Shown here: positions 1 through 9,972 of the stretch, piece by piece
How positions within the stretch are numbered: the stretch's first letter is position 1
Layout: every line of letters starts with the position of its first letter
Virus record (IMG/VR): IMGVR_UViG_3300045988_084534
Coordinates: 32,001 to 96,000 of that record
From: a virus
DNA length: 64,000 nucleotides
Reading direction: 5' to 3' (one strand)
Notes under the pieces: generated by a model
Told to the model about the DNA's origin: nothing
Seen by the model: only the letters and a program-made list of their open reading frames with translations
Database searches by the model: none
Position numbers and translations under genes: made by a program

Positions 1-2
1 AA

Positions 3-395
3 ATGAAGGAAATTAAGAAAGAAAACAAACTATATCTAAATGATTACGACATCAATGTTAGCCCATATTTGACATATGCTGAGATTCAGACGATTGCCAA
101 CAAGGTCAAGGCGCTGGATTCTTGGGCAGAGCGTGAAGAAACGATTGATATGTATGTGCTATATTTTGCCACTGATATTGGCAAGGCAAATATTGATAAT
201 TACAATCACGATACATGGCTAAAATCTGGTATCATTGATGCCGTCAAGAGTTGTATTAAGAATCTTGAGCAAATTACAGAAGCAATCAAATATGAGGAAA
301 GCCCGATGCGCATTCTAATGCAGATTTCTAAGGAAATGCCGGAATTTAGCAAGAAGCTGGATGAGGTGCTTAAAGATGCCCCAAGCAAAAAATGA
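3..395 (+). CDS. hypothetical phage protein
   Basis: 130-aa ORF (ATG at 3), co-oriented and tightly packed with the tail genes. No diagnostic motif recognised. Its position upstream of the tape measure gene is where tail chaperones usually sit, but that argument is positional only. Confidence 0.5.
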   Translation: MKEIKKENKLYLNDYDINVSPYLTYAEIQTIANKVKALDSWAEREETIDMYVLYFATDIGKANIDNYNHDTWLKSGIIDAVKSCIKNLEQITEAIKYEESPMRILMQISKEMPEFSKKLDEVLKDAPSKK

Positions 396-930
396 GGAAG
401 AGCTAAGAAAGGCGCTAAGGCCAGCCATTCAAAAGGCGTGTAATTATGTCATCCAAAAGATATGGAATGAAAACAGGGAAATTGTGCGTGTTGTAGTATA
501 TGAAGCTGGTATACCAGAAGAATATAATAGAACTATGGGATTTTTGAATGCGTGGGAATATACCCAAGAATCACATAATCCGACAAACAAAGATGGCTAT
601 GCTAAATTTTATTACAAGCCAAACGAAATGAATGTTGGTAGTACGAATTATGGCGCTTCTGACTATGCTCAACATATTGGCGTATCTGGTGAATATCAAG
701 GTAAGGATGCAAGATATTATCTAGCTGACATTATATATCATATGAACGGATGCAAAGGCGCGGGTGATGCGTTTGGCGATGGATATTGGCGCAAAGCTAG
801 AAACGCATGGATTGAACTCAACAAGCGCATAGGTAGGCGCAAAATAAAGCAATGGTTCAAAGAGGGCTTTGAGAAAGCTGGTCTTACTGTAAAAATGCAC
901 AATGAGCCTATTAAAGTGACGGAGAGTTAG
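361..930 (+). CDS. hypothetical phage protein
   Basis: 189-aa ORF overlapping the previous ORF by 35 nt in another frame (second ATG at 376). The next gene starts 1 nt after its TAG stop. Confidence 0.5.
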   Translation: MRCLKMPQAKNEEELRKALRPAIQKACNYVIQKIWNENREIVRVVVYEAGIPEEYNRTMGFLNAWEYTQESHNPTNKDGYAKFYYKPNEMNVGSTNYGASDYAQHIGVSGEYQGKDARYYLADIIYHMNGCKGAGDAFGDGYWRKARNAWIELNKRIGRRKIKQWFKEGFEKAGLTVKMHNEPIKVTES

Positions 931-931
931 T

Positions 932-1435
932 ATGATTATATGTGGTATTGATGCAAGCACCTCTTGCACTGGATGGAGCATTTTCAAAGATGACAAATTG
1001 ATTACATATGGTGCGATTAAGCCGCATGGTGAAGATTGGCGCGGCAGAGTTATGGATTTAACTATGGCGCTTTCAGAGATATTCAAAATCCATAGACCAA
1101 ATATTATATATATGGAAGATGTGCCAATGAAAAAAGGCTCTTTGACCATTGAAAAGCTAGGAGCGGTTCAAGGTGTTGTATTGGCATTATGTGCGGCATG
1201 TAAAATCAAGCCATGCTTCTTGTTGCCAAGTAAATGGCGTAGCGACCTTAATCTTTTTGATGGAACTAGAGCTGGTCTACAAAGAGATGTTCTGAAGAAA
1301 AAAGCCATAGAGATGGTGAATGAGGAATTTGGATTAAATTTAACATGGGTTGCTCCAAGTAGCAAAAAAAACGACGATGATATAGCAGAGTCCATTTTGA
1401 TTGCTTACTCACAGATAAAACAAAGGGGAGTGTGA
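932..1435 (+). CDS. RuvC-like Holliday junction resolvase
   Basis: 167 aa. N-terminal 'ICGIDASTSCTGWSIF' is a RuvC-type first catalytic Asp motif. Also 'IIYMEDV' and the C-terminal acidic 'NDDDIAESILIAY'. Confidence 0.7.
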   Translation: MIICGIDASTSCTGWSIFKDDKLITYGAIKPHGEDWRGRVMDLTMALSEIFKIHRPNIIYMEDVPMKKGSLTIEKLGAVQGVVLALCAACKIKPCFLLPSKWRSDLNLFDGTRAGLQRDVLKKKAIEMVNEEFGLNLTWVAPSSKKNDDDIAESILIAYSQIKQRGV

Positions 1436-1438
1436 TGA

Positions 1439-1730
1439 ATGGCAAAAACAAACAGTAATTACTCCATCATTGCTGATGTTGAGCTTGAGCTAAAAAATGC
1501 GCAAAAACAATTAAACGAGTTTAGGAAAGATAATAAATTAAATCTTGACTTAAATGTTAAAGGTTCTAAAAGTTTATCTGACGCAGATGGTAAAGTAAAA
1601 AAATTAGATGATTCTACCAGAGACCTAGTTTTTACATATCAGCAATTTAGACAGGTGCTAGATTCTGTTGTTGATGTTACTGGCAAAATGGTGGAACAAG
1701 TCAAGACGCTGGATGCGGCACAGACAGAGT
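1439..1730 (+). CDS. tail tape measure protein, exon 1 of 5
   Basis: ATG at 1439 right after the resolvase gene. Translation '...VKTLDAAQTE' continues in exon 2. The exon ends after U of GAGU, which can pair with GCUC (1740-1743) as a G.U-closed P1. Confidence 0.7.
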
Positions 1731-2997
1731 TAATCTTTAGCTCGCTTTCGTTGTAAAACGATTGAAAAATAACCCATTGAATTGCTGGAAACCCCTTAGA
1801 GCTGTCATGCTAAAGCGGAGAGATGAAATACGCTCAAACGTAAATGCTTGAAAAGTTGATAGATTGGGCAATCAGCAGCTAAGACCCGAATAGGGTAAAG
1901 TTCAACGACTATCCCGTAAGGGAGTACACTACAAGCGATTGGTAGTGGAAGTGGTGGGTATCCTAATAGGATAAAGATATAGTCTGGTCTTATAAGAAAT
2001 TATAAGCGCGTAAGCGAATGTAGGAGTAGCGTCCTTTTAATGTAATGATAAGACAAATATTCATAAGGAGGTGAATATGTGTATAGAAGAAAAATAGATT
2101 ATAATTTAGTAAAATCTGAGTTTGATGAGCGTGGATACGAATTATTATCTACAGAATATGTGAATAATGTTACGAAATTGCAATATGTTTGCCCAAAACA
2201 CAGAAACAAAGGTATTTTAGAAACTACATTTGCTAATTTTACAAAGGGAAAAGGATGCCCATATTGTGCAAATAGAGTAAAAAAGACACAAGAAGAATAT
2301 GAGGCAGAGTTAGCAATAAAAAAGCCAACAATTAAAGTAATTGGGAAATATATAAATCTTAAAACAAAGATAGAACATGAATGTGTTGTCTGTGGCTATC
2401 GTTGGGATGTATTGCCAGATAATATGCTACATATGTCAAACGGTTGTCCTAAATGCGGGAAAAGAGCACCATTGAATCAAAATGAGTTAATAAATAGGAT
2501 TGCTAAAATAGATGATTCTATTGAGGTTGTTGGAGAATATTATAATACTGCAACGAAAATGTCTTTTAGGTGTAAGAAATGTGGAAATGTTTGGGAGGCT
2601 AAACCAAATAATATATTGAATGGCAAAGGATGTCCAAATTGCAAATCGTCTAAAGGAGAAAAAGAGGTTGCACGCATTCTTGATGAACTCGATGTATTGT
2701 ATAAACCACAATTTAAGTTTCAGGATTGTAAAGATGAATTGCCACTTCCATTTGACTTTTATCTTCCAGATTATAATATTTGCATAGAATATGATGGTGG
2801 ACAACATTATAAGCCATGCACATTCGGTGGTATTTCTAAAGAGCAAGCAAGAGTGAATTTTGAGCTTGCTAAGAAACATGATAGAATCAAAGATGCGTAT
2901 TGCAAACAACACAACATAAAATTAGTAAGAATCCCGTATTGGGAATATAAAAATATAAGAAATATATTATCATTACATTTACATTAAACACAAAACG
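1731..2997 (+). mobile_element. group I intron (TMP intron 1) carrying a Vsr-like/zinc-ribbon endonuclease ORF
   Basis: Starts UAAUC after the exon U and ends in G (..AAAACG). GNRA hairpin cgtt-gtaa-aacg follows the guide sequence. Core 'gaattgctggaaacccc' (1779-), 'gattgggcaatcagcagc' (1862-), P7 strands 'gttcaacgactatcc' (1900-) and 'agatatagtc' (~1976-). A 9-bp stem (2039-2047 with 2971-2979) closes the ORF loop. Removal restores the TMP frame. Confidence 0.75.
2079..2987 (+). CDS. intron-encoded homing endonuclease, PD-(D/E)XK Vsr-like (EDxHD-type) with three Cys4 zinc-ribbon modules
   Basis: GTG start 6 nt after AAGGAGGTG. Three repeats of 'C..C/H...(W)...GCP.C'. The C-terminal 'PFDFYLPDYNICIEYDGGQHY...IKLVRIPY' resembles Vsr/EDxHD-type nucleases. 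Confidence 0.65.
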   Translation: MYRRKIDYNLVKSEFDERGYELLSTEYVNNVTKLQYVCPKHRNKGILETTFANFTKGKGCPYCANRVKKTQEEYEAELAIKKPTIKVIGKYINLKTKIEHECVVCGYRWDVLPDNMLHMSNGCPKCGKRAPLNQNELINRIAKIDDSIEVVGEYYNTATKMSFRCKKCGNVWEAKPNNILNGKGCPNCKSSKGEKEVARILDELDVLYKPQFKFQDCKDELPLPFDFYLPDYNICIEYDGGQHYKPCTFGGISKEQARVNFELAKKHDRIKDAYCKQHNIKLVRIPYWEYKNIRNILSLHLH

Positions 2998-3086
2998 TTA
3001 AGAAGGTCTCTGACCTGTCTGGTAAAGCATTAGACGCTTATCAAGACAAATTATCAAAAGCCGGTAAGACGGTAGGACGAACTGGT
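2998..3086 (+). CDS. tail tape measure protein, exon 2 of 5
   Basis: Reads (F)KKVSDLSGKALDAYQDKLSKAGKTVGRTG in the frame set by exon 1 (1 nt + 2 nt codon). Ends after ACUGGU, which pairs perfectly with GCCAGU (3104-3109). Confidence 0.7.
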
Positions 3087-3423
3087 AAACCAAATCGGTC
3101 TGAGCCAGTATGTACAGATGGTAAATGTGCATAAGGAACAGCCCCTAAACCCTTGAAAGCCTCAAGAGCCTTATCACTACAACATGAGGATGAGATATGC
3201 CTGAGTGTGAATGATTCATTAGTAATGAACAATTAGTGCGAAAGCAGAAAGACGATAAGGATGATTCCATGGGCGAAAGACCTAAAGAATCTGTCATAAA
3301 TAATGTATGATAAAAGGGCAGATTGGGCGCGAAGCCGTGATGAGCGGTGTGTCAACAGAATATACAGGGCGGCCCTCCAAATATATAGGGTGAAGAATTA
3401 TTCGGGAAGGGATTGAAAACCTC

Positions 3424-3452
3424 TTGACAAATTATCTAAGATGTGCTATTGT
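3424..3452 (+). promoter_or_regulatory. sigma70/sigmaA-type promoter inside TMP intron 2
   Basis: TTGACA (3424-3429), 17-nt spacer, TGc-TATTGT extended -10 (3444-3452). Followed by GAGG (3476-3479) 8 nt before the ATG at 3488. Confidence 0.55.
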
Positions 3453-3487
3453 ATAGATACAATAAATAAAGAAACGAGGTATCTATT

Positions 3488-3703
3488 ATGTTCTTGTCTG
3501 TTATGACCTTTATTATCATTGGCCCGATGCTTGTTATCTCTGGGATTGTCGCGCTGATTAAGGAGCTTTCAAACAGCGGGAAAGGCGATAATCAGAGTCA
3601 GTCGAATCAGAATAAATATAACATTCGCTATGAAACGCCGGAAGAAGAAGAGCGGCGAATCAATGAATGGGGTTATGATGATGAAAGGTGGGGCAGATTG
3701 TGA
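3488..3703 (+). CDS. intron-borne small membrane protein (one N-terminal TM helix, acidic/basic tail)
   Basis: 71 aa: 'MFLSVMTFIIIGPMLVISGIVALI' followed by a hydrophilic tail. It has its own promoter and RBS. No nuclease motif. Confidence 0.55.
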   Translation: MFLSVMTFIIIGPMLVISGIVALIKELSNSGKGDNQSQSNQNKYNIRYETPEEEERRINEWGYDDERWGRL

Positions 3704-3784
3704 TTTTTGTATATATCTGGTTTGCTATTATGATTGTATTTACCATTCTTTGTGTATTTGATTTTAGATAATTTGTAATCACTG

Positions 3785-3997
3785 TCAGAAATGATTTCTG
3801 CTGCATCGCAGTTCAGAAAATCAGGTTTCAATGATGAAGATGCGGCGACATTAGCCAAGGTTGCGGCGCAGTATCAGAACGTAGCCGACACAGCGGTATC
3901 AGCAGAAGATGCAGCAGCTTCTATTACTTCTCAGATTCGTGCATTTGGTGAAGATGCGGCATTTGCTACTACTGTAATTGATGCTTACAACGAGGTT
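3785..3997 (+). CDS. tail tape measure protein, exon 3 of 5
   Basis: SEMISAASQFRKSGFNDEDAATLAKVAAQYQNVAD...VIDAYNEV is typical of the TMP conserved core. Ends after GAGGUU, which pairs with GACCUC (4008-4013). Confidence 0.75.
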
Positions 3998-5245
3998 TAA
4001 TTTTGTAGACCTCTATAAACAGGGTGAATTGCTGGAAACCTAAACTCATATAGAGCATGGTAATCAGCAGCCAAGATTGAGATGAAATGCTCAATAAGGT
4101 TCAGAGACTATCGAAAGCATAATAAATAAAAGTGGGAATATACCACTTGAAGTGAGTAGAGTACACAGTAGTGCTAACTGTGGAAGTGCCCTGCCCTCAT
4201 ATTATATGAGGTGATGATATAGTCCATTCCTATGAGAAATCATAGGCGAGAACTCTATAATAGGTATAATATTTGAAAGAAAAGAAGTTTTGTGTATATG
4301 TGCATATGTTTCCAAATGGGAAAAGATACATTGGTATAACCAGCAAGCGCCCAAATGACAGATGGGAGAGAGGTAGTGGGTATCGTGATAGCTTACCAAT
4401 GCGTAATGCAATAAATAAATATGGATGGGATAATATAGAGCACATAATACTATTTGATGGATTGACACAAGAAGAGGCTTGCAAAAAGGAAGTTGAACTT
4501 ATAGAGAAATATAAAACAAACATTCATAAATACGGCAATCAATATGGATACAACTTAACTGATGGAGGCGAAGGCACTACTGGGCATAAGGTGTCAGAAG
4601 AAAGAAAAGAAATTATGCGCCAACTAAAATTGGGTAAAGTTGGAAAGGATTGTCCAAATTCTCGCCCGATTGTTTGTGATGGGGTTGAGTATGAGAGTTT
4701 AACTGACTTTAAGAATAAGAATAATCATCCAAAAGGCAATATCGCAGCTTGGTTAAATGGTACAGTAGGAATGCCAGAATATTGGTATAATAAACGACTA
4801 CATTATAAAGATTTGGGATTCGATGTTGTTAAATTAGCAGACAATAAAAACCGTGCTAAAAAAGTTGTTGCAGATGGAATTATGTTTGATACGTTAGAAG
4901 ATTGTGCTAATTATTTTGGAGTAGATGCACCAAGGATATGTAATTATCTAAATGGTAAAAATGCTACACCAGACAGAATCATAAATGCAGGACTTAGATA
5001 TGAAGATGAAGATGTGCATGAATTTAAAAGGCAAACTAAAAGAAGTAAGAATAAAATAAAATGTGAAATAGATGGCATTCAATTTAATACACAAGCAGAC
5101 TTAGCGAAATATATAAAAGAAAATAAGGCGACTTTATGGGCTTGGTTTGCTGGGAAAAATCCAATGCCAGAGAAATATGTAAAGAGAGGAATAAAAATTA
5201 TAGAGTAATCTCGGCTCAACTTAGCAAATTGAGTCAAATATCAAG
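3998..5245 (+). mobile_element. group I intron (TMP intron 3) carrying a GIY-YIG endonuclease ORF
   Basis: Starts UAAUU and ends in G (..AUCAAG). P10 is UUUGU/GCAAA. Core 'gaattgctggaaacc' (4026-), P7 strands 'ggttcagagactatcg' and 'gatgatatagtcc', and P9-like hairpin cctatga-gaaa-tcatagg. Confidence 0.75.
4273..5208 (+). CDS. intron-encoded GIY-YIG homing endonuclease
   Basis: 311 aa. N-terminal 'FCVYVHMFPNGKRYIGITSKRPNDRWERGSGY...NAINKYGWDNIEH' is a GIY-(10)-YIG module with the conserved R and N. Long basic C-terminal DNA-binding region. The TTG start is uncertain. Confidence 0.7.
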   Translation: MKEKKFCVYVHMFPNGKRYIGITSKRPNDRWERGSGYRDSLPMRNAINKYGWDNIEHIILFDGLTQEEACKKEVELIEKYKTNIHKYGNQYGYNLTDGGEGTTGHKVSEERKEIMRQLKLGKVGKDCPNSRPIVCDGVEYESLTDFKNKNNHPKGNIAAWLNGTVGMPEYWYNKRLHYKDLGFDVVKLADNKNRAKKVVADGIMFDTLEDCANYFGVDAPRICNYLNGKNATPDRIINAGLRYEDEDVHEFKRQTKRSKNKIKCEIDGIQFNTQADLAKYIKENKATLWAWFAGKNPMPEKYVKRGIKIIE

Positions 5246-5709
5246 GCAAACAATTTTAGTGTAGGCACTAATGATTTAGCAAGTGCCATGGAAGTTGCGT
5301 CTAGTGGGCTTGCAACATATGGGAATGAATTTTCTGAGGTACTAGGATTAGTAACAGCAGGCACAGAAATTATGCAAGGGAGATCATTGCAGGTTGCACG
5401 CGGGTTATCAACGATTGCCTCCCGCATTGCAAAAAATCAAGATGCCCTTGCAGAATATGGAATAGCAGTTCAAGATGCCAATGGCAATCTAAAGAGCACA
5501 TATGATGTTCTTGCAGAATTAAAGCCAAAATGGGATCAAATGACCGATGCTCAAAGAGTAGCATTGGGTGACACTCTTGCTGGAACCAATCAATACAAAG
5601 TCCTTGCCGCCGTACTCCAGAATTTTGAGCACGCAACAGCGGCGACTGAAACAGCCCTTAATTCCGCTGGCTCTGCGGCACAGGAAAACGCGAAGTACCT
5701 AGAGAGCCT
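5246..5709 (+). CDS. tail tape measure protein, exon 4 of 5
   Basis: ANNFSVGTNDLASAMEVASSGL...GRSLQVARGLSTIASRI...AKYLES(L) continues the TMP core. Ends after GAGCCU, which pairs with GGGUUC (5720-5725). Confidence 0.75.
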
Positions 5710-6033
5710 TAACAAAATGGGGTTCTATAAACAAGTCTAATTGCGGGAACACCCTTAGAGCCTTATCAACCAAGTTTTAATAGGAATATTAAGATGGCGA
5801 GGTTAGTGACCGAGGTATGGTAAAATTGATAAGGATTGGGCAACCAGACGCAACCAAGCGTCCAGAACGGACGAAGGCTCATCGACCATCCCTTAATATG
5901 GGAGTAGGAGAAAGTGCTAGTCTCCGAAATGGCTTGACTTGCATAAGCAAGTATGATATGGTCAGTTCTCATATGAAAATATGAGCGGTAGATGTCTACG
6001 ACTAAGATTTAGCACATCTTAGTGAACATAAAG
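5710..6033 (+). mobile_element. group I intron (TMP intron 4), ORF-less
   Basis: 324 nt. Starts UAACA and ends in G (..CAUAAAG). Core 'taattgcgggaacacccttagagccttatcaacc' (5738-), 'gattgggcaaccagacgc', and P7-like 'catcgaccatccc' / 'gtgctagtctcc'. Removal joins CU+C (Leu) and restores the frame. Confidence 0.7.
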
Positions 6034-9000
6034 CGAAGCCCGCGAACAATCCATCAAAGCAGAATTTGAGGATTTTGCAAATCGCGTATTATCCAAAGAA
6101 GTAGTAGCAGGATTTTATGATGCTACTGAAGCGGCATTACAATTTATTAACACAGATTTTGGTGCAGCCACCACGAGAATCATAGGCACAACAACGGCTA
6201 TTACAAGTCTGGTTGGTATTCTTGGCACAATGGGCGCAAAATTGGTGCTTGTTGGTAAACAGCTACAGGCGGCTGGTGCGGCTAATGGCGTTCTTGGATT
6301 CCTTACTACGCCTAAGACACTGCTTATTATAGCTGGCGTGGTAGCCGCTATTGCTGGCTTAGTTGAGGTTATTAAGTCGGTTGAAAAAGCTCAATATGAG
6401 GCAAATCATGCTTTTGAGATAGCAAATCAAAAATTATCTGAGACACAAAACGAAATTAAGTCTACTGAGGAAAATTTACAAAGTTATAAAAATTCTCTTA
6501 AAGAACTTAATGATGTGGCTGAAAAAGATAGAGGTCTTGCTTGGCAACAAGAACGTGCTGAAATTGAATTAAATATTCAAAGTACAGAGACATACTTAAA
6601 GCTGTTAGAGCAAAAAGCCAAGTTAGAAGCGCAAACGGCGTATGAATCTAAGTTGCCAACTGGTTATACACTTGCAGGCAACCTAAACGAAAATAAATAT
6701 AAGACCGAAGATTATTTTGGCGACTATTTTGCACCTGGCAATTCCCAAGTACAGTTGTCTATGGAGCAAGCTGGTGTTATAACGGCTGTGTATGACAGCG
6801 AATACGAGGCATTATCTAACATCGTTTTAGCACTTGCAAATGCTACAGATGAGCGCTATAGATACATCGAGGCAGAAGATTTAGCTCAACTTGAAGGCAA
6901 ATCAACTGAAGAACAAATTCAGATTATGACTGATTTGTTAGGTAATTTGGGAATCAAGTTGTCCGCTACCACTGAAACGGCTACGCAATCTTTTGCCGCA
7001 ATGGATAATCTTGCCAATAAATCTGGAGAACTTTCAACTAAAGAGAAAGATTTGGCGCAACGATACTTAGACCTGTATCGAAATATTGTTATCCTTGGTG
7101 TGGCAACCGATGAACAAACAAACAGCTATATTCAACTATTGGCTAGAATGTCTGCATTTGACTTGGAGACGGCTAGCACAACAGAAAAGATTAGTTGGTT
7201 AGCAAATGCTTTTGGTATAACAGCTAGTGAATCTGCAAATCTATTATATGCAACTGGTCAATTATCTCTGATTCAGGCTCAAGCTGCACGCGACATGGTA
7301 CAACTTTCTAACGGTATGTGGGCTGCTAAATCTGCGTGTAAACAACTTGACGATGGGACATGGGAATTAAAAGAAAATTTAGACGAAACCGACGATTCAG
7401 CAGAAGACTTGTCCGATTCTCTCAATGCCTATCAAAAATCCATCAAGCAAGTAACCGATGATGAAAAAGCATTTGTCAATTCGCTATTTGATATGAATGG
7501 CAATTTGACCAAAGCGGCTCAACAAGCTCTTACCGCTGATAGTGCTATGGCGAGTTATGCACAGAAAATCCTAGAGGCTCAACAAGCACAAACGCAGTCT
7601 GATTATTCTAATTTAATACTTCAAATTGGTAAGGTTGGAGAAGCAGCTTACGTTAGTAGTAATAGATTACAGTCTTTGATTGCTAGCATTCCGGGCGTTA
7701 CTTCTAGTACATGGTCTGCTGAAAATCAGGAATCTGTGATGCGCCGATTGTTTAACAAGCAAACGGGCAAGAACTGGAAACAAGACGCGGCAGCATATAG
7801 TGAATGGTCATCGAATTATTTGTTAAATTTGAGCCAAAAAAAATATGAAGAACGCTTAAAAGAGCTACAAAATCAAGCAAATGCTATATCTTCATTTGTT
7901 CCATCTACAGGTGGCGGAGGTGGCTCATCTTCTACAACATCTCAAAAATCCCCGGCTCAAATTGCGGCAGAAGCGGCAACGAAAGCGGCTAAGTATAGAC
8001 TAGATGCCTTACAAGATGAGCTTGATGCGCTCAACGATGAAAAATCGGCACTAGAAGATGAAATTCAGCGAATCCAAGATGAGGTCAAGGCTGAATATCA
8101 GGCTGAGATTGATATTCTCAACGATAAGAAAGAGGCTATCCAAGAGGCATATGAGGCATGGGAAGAAGATGCTGATGCTGTACTTGATAGACTCAAAGCA
8201 GAAAAGGACGCTATTCAAGCAGTCATTGACGCTATTGACAAAGAGAAAGAACAACTTGAAGCGGCGACCGCCTATGCTACTGAATATGCCTCTAGGCAGA
8301 TTGATGAAATTGACGCGCGGCTAGATGAGCTAGATGCCCGTGAAGCCGAAATCAATAAAAAATATGATGACGAGCTAGACAAGCTAAAAGCGACCAATAA
8401 AGAGCTGGACAAGCAAATTGAGCGCGAGAAGCTGCTACAAAATCTAGCATCTGCTAAAAATAAGAAAAAGCGGGTATATTCGGCGCAACAGGGTTATATC
8501 CTAGTTGATGATATTGCCGCAATTTCTAAAGCACAGGCAGAGCTTGATAAATTTGACCGTCAGCAAAAACAATCTCTTGAGAAACAGGAGATTGAAAATA
8601 AACGCAAACAAGAGCTGTTAGCATCTGGTGTCGAGGCTGAACGCGCGGCATTAGAAGAGCAGAAAAAGCTCTGGGAAGAATATAGTAAAAAATGGTCTAG
8701 TATTGTTTCTGACTATGAGTTCAAGCAAAATAGACTAGCTTATATTCAGCGATATGGTAAGGCTATTGAGCAACAGAACTGGCAACAGCGCAATAGAACG
8801 GTTGACCAAGCTACCAAAGAATACGCTGATATTATGGCGCGGCTATTGGCTGAACAAGAGCGGATGGCGGCTAAAGAGGCTGAAATTGCGGCTCAAGAGG
8901 CGGCAATGGACGAAGCCAGAATTGCCAATCAGAAAGCAACTGCCGCTATTGAAAAGCAAATCAGCGACCTACAAGATGAAATGGTGGCGGCTCAAGAAGC

Positions 9001-9652
9001 CAGAACTCGCAAGCAAGTAGAATCTCTAAATGCACTGGCTGATGCTATCGAGGACGCTCAAAGGCGTGTTAATCAAGCGCAGAAAGATTATGACTCCGCA
9101 CAAGAAGATGAGGGCGCATATGATGTAGATAAGCCGCGTGTTCTAAAGCAAGTGGGCGGCAAAGCTCCCGATGATGCCAAGGTAGGCGATTATATTGCTA
9201 CGGCAGATGGCATTTATCATATTACTGGCGGATACGCTGGACATTGGAAGAGTAGACGAGTGAGCGGTACTGAGGGGCGTTCCGACTTAAATAATGCGAG
9301 AGCAGCGGCTAATTGGCTAGTTAAAAATGGCTATTTGACCGCTGGCGAATTTGGCTATAGGAGCGGAACAACATCTGCCACACCGGGCTTACATATGCTC
9401 GGTGAAAATGGCCCAGAGCTAGGCGTGTTAAGTCGCGGCGATGGGGTCATCCCAGCCGATATAACCAGAAACCTGATGAACATAGGCAAGAATCCAGAGA
9501 AATTTGCAAATGCCGCTGTTGCCAGAAATGGCGGCGATATTATCATGCAAGGCGTTACTTTGGCATTCCCCAATGTGCGTGATGGCAGTGATGCCGCAAC
9601 ATTCACTAAGAATTTTGTCAACTTGGCGCATCAATATGCCTATAAGCGATAA
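6034..9652 (+). CDS. tail tape measure protein, exon 5 of 5
   Basis: Reads (L)EAREQSIKAEFEDFANRVL..., then TM segments (GAKLVLVGKQ...IIAGVVAAIAGL), long coiled-coil E/K/A/Q-rich regions, a GGGGGSSS linker and the C-terminal 'GLHMLGENGPELGVL'. The five exons total 4,677 nt, i.e. 1,558 aa plus stop. Confidence 0.8.
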
Positions 9653-9658
9653 ATTGAA

Positions 9659-9689
9659 TAAGAGGGGTTGGGCATCCCGCCCCTCTTAT
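9659..9689 (+). terminator. hairpin after the tape measure gene (weak rho-independent terminator)
   Basis: taagagggg-(12 nt)-cccctctta, a 9-bp GC-rich stem, followed by an A/T-rich tract without a clean U-run. Confidence 0.4.
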
Positions 9690-9715
9690 ATATTAAAACA
9701 AGGAGGCAATGATAT

Positions 9716-9958
9716 ATGACATCTGCAAAAGATTTACTAGATGCTATAAATTTGCTGATAGATAAAAAGCTAGAAAAAACGGCGCAAATATATACCTGTA
9801 TCGTTACCTCTGTGAACACGACCACAAAAAAATGTACAGTTACAATGGGCGGTGTTAGCATCAATGTGCAATATTACGGGAATGCGCCGACACCGGGAAA
9901 AGCATATCGTGTATTTGTACCACAGGGCAATACCAGTGATGCTTTTATTATCAATTAA
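9716..9958 (+). CDS. hypothetical small tail-module protein
   Basis: 80-aa ORF. AAGGAGG lies 7 nt upstream of the ATG. Confidence 0.55.
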   Translation: MTSAKDLLDAINLLIDKKLEKTAQIYTCIVTSVNTTTKKCTVTMGGVSINVQYYGNAPTPGKAYRVFVPQGNTSDAFIIN

Positions 9959-9972
9959 GGAGGCGCAATATA

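Larger units (their letters stand above)
3087..3784 (+). mobile_element. group I intron (TMP intron 2) carrying a small membrane-protein gene
   Basis: P1 is ACUGGU/GCCAGU. P10 is UCUGA (3099-3103) with 3' exon UCAGA (3785-3789). Ends in G (..CACUG). Core 'agagccttatcac' and 'agattgggcg' resemble the other introns. Putative P7 strands are 'caacagaata' (~3352) and 'tatatctgg' (~3711), flanking the ORF. Confidence 0.65.

Noticed and set aside
3-930. Possible programmed frameshift (tail chaperone G/GT-like) between ORFs 3-395 and 361-930.
   Set aside because: The second ORF is in the +1 frame rather than the usual -1 frame. I found no slippery heptamer in the overlap, and it has its own ATG codons (361, 376). 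A resolvase gene also separates the pair from the TMP gene. The evidence is insufficient.
5766-5972. 68-aa minus-strand ORF inside TMP intron 4, and 63-aa minus-strand ORF (3041-3232) at the exon 2 / intron 2 boundary.
   Set aside because: They are antisense to the intron RNA and overlap conserved core helices. They have no RBS or motif, so they are most likely chance ORFs.
8051-9634. Several 67-88-aa ORFs on both strands inside TMP exon 5.
   Set aside because: They are embedded in a 1,140-aa continuous coiled-coil ORF. Their repetitive K/R/L-rich translations are typical shadow ORFs of GA-rich coding sequence.
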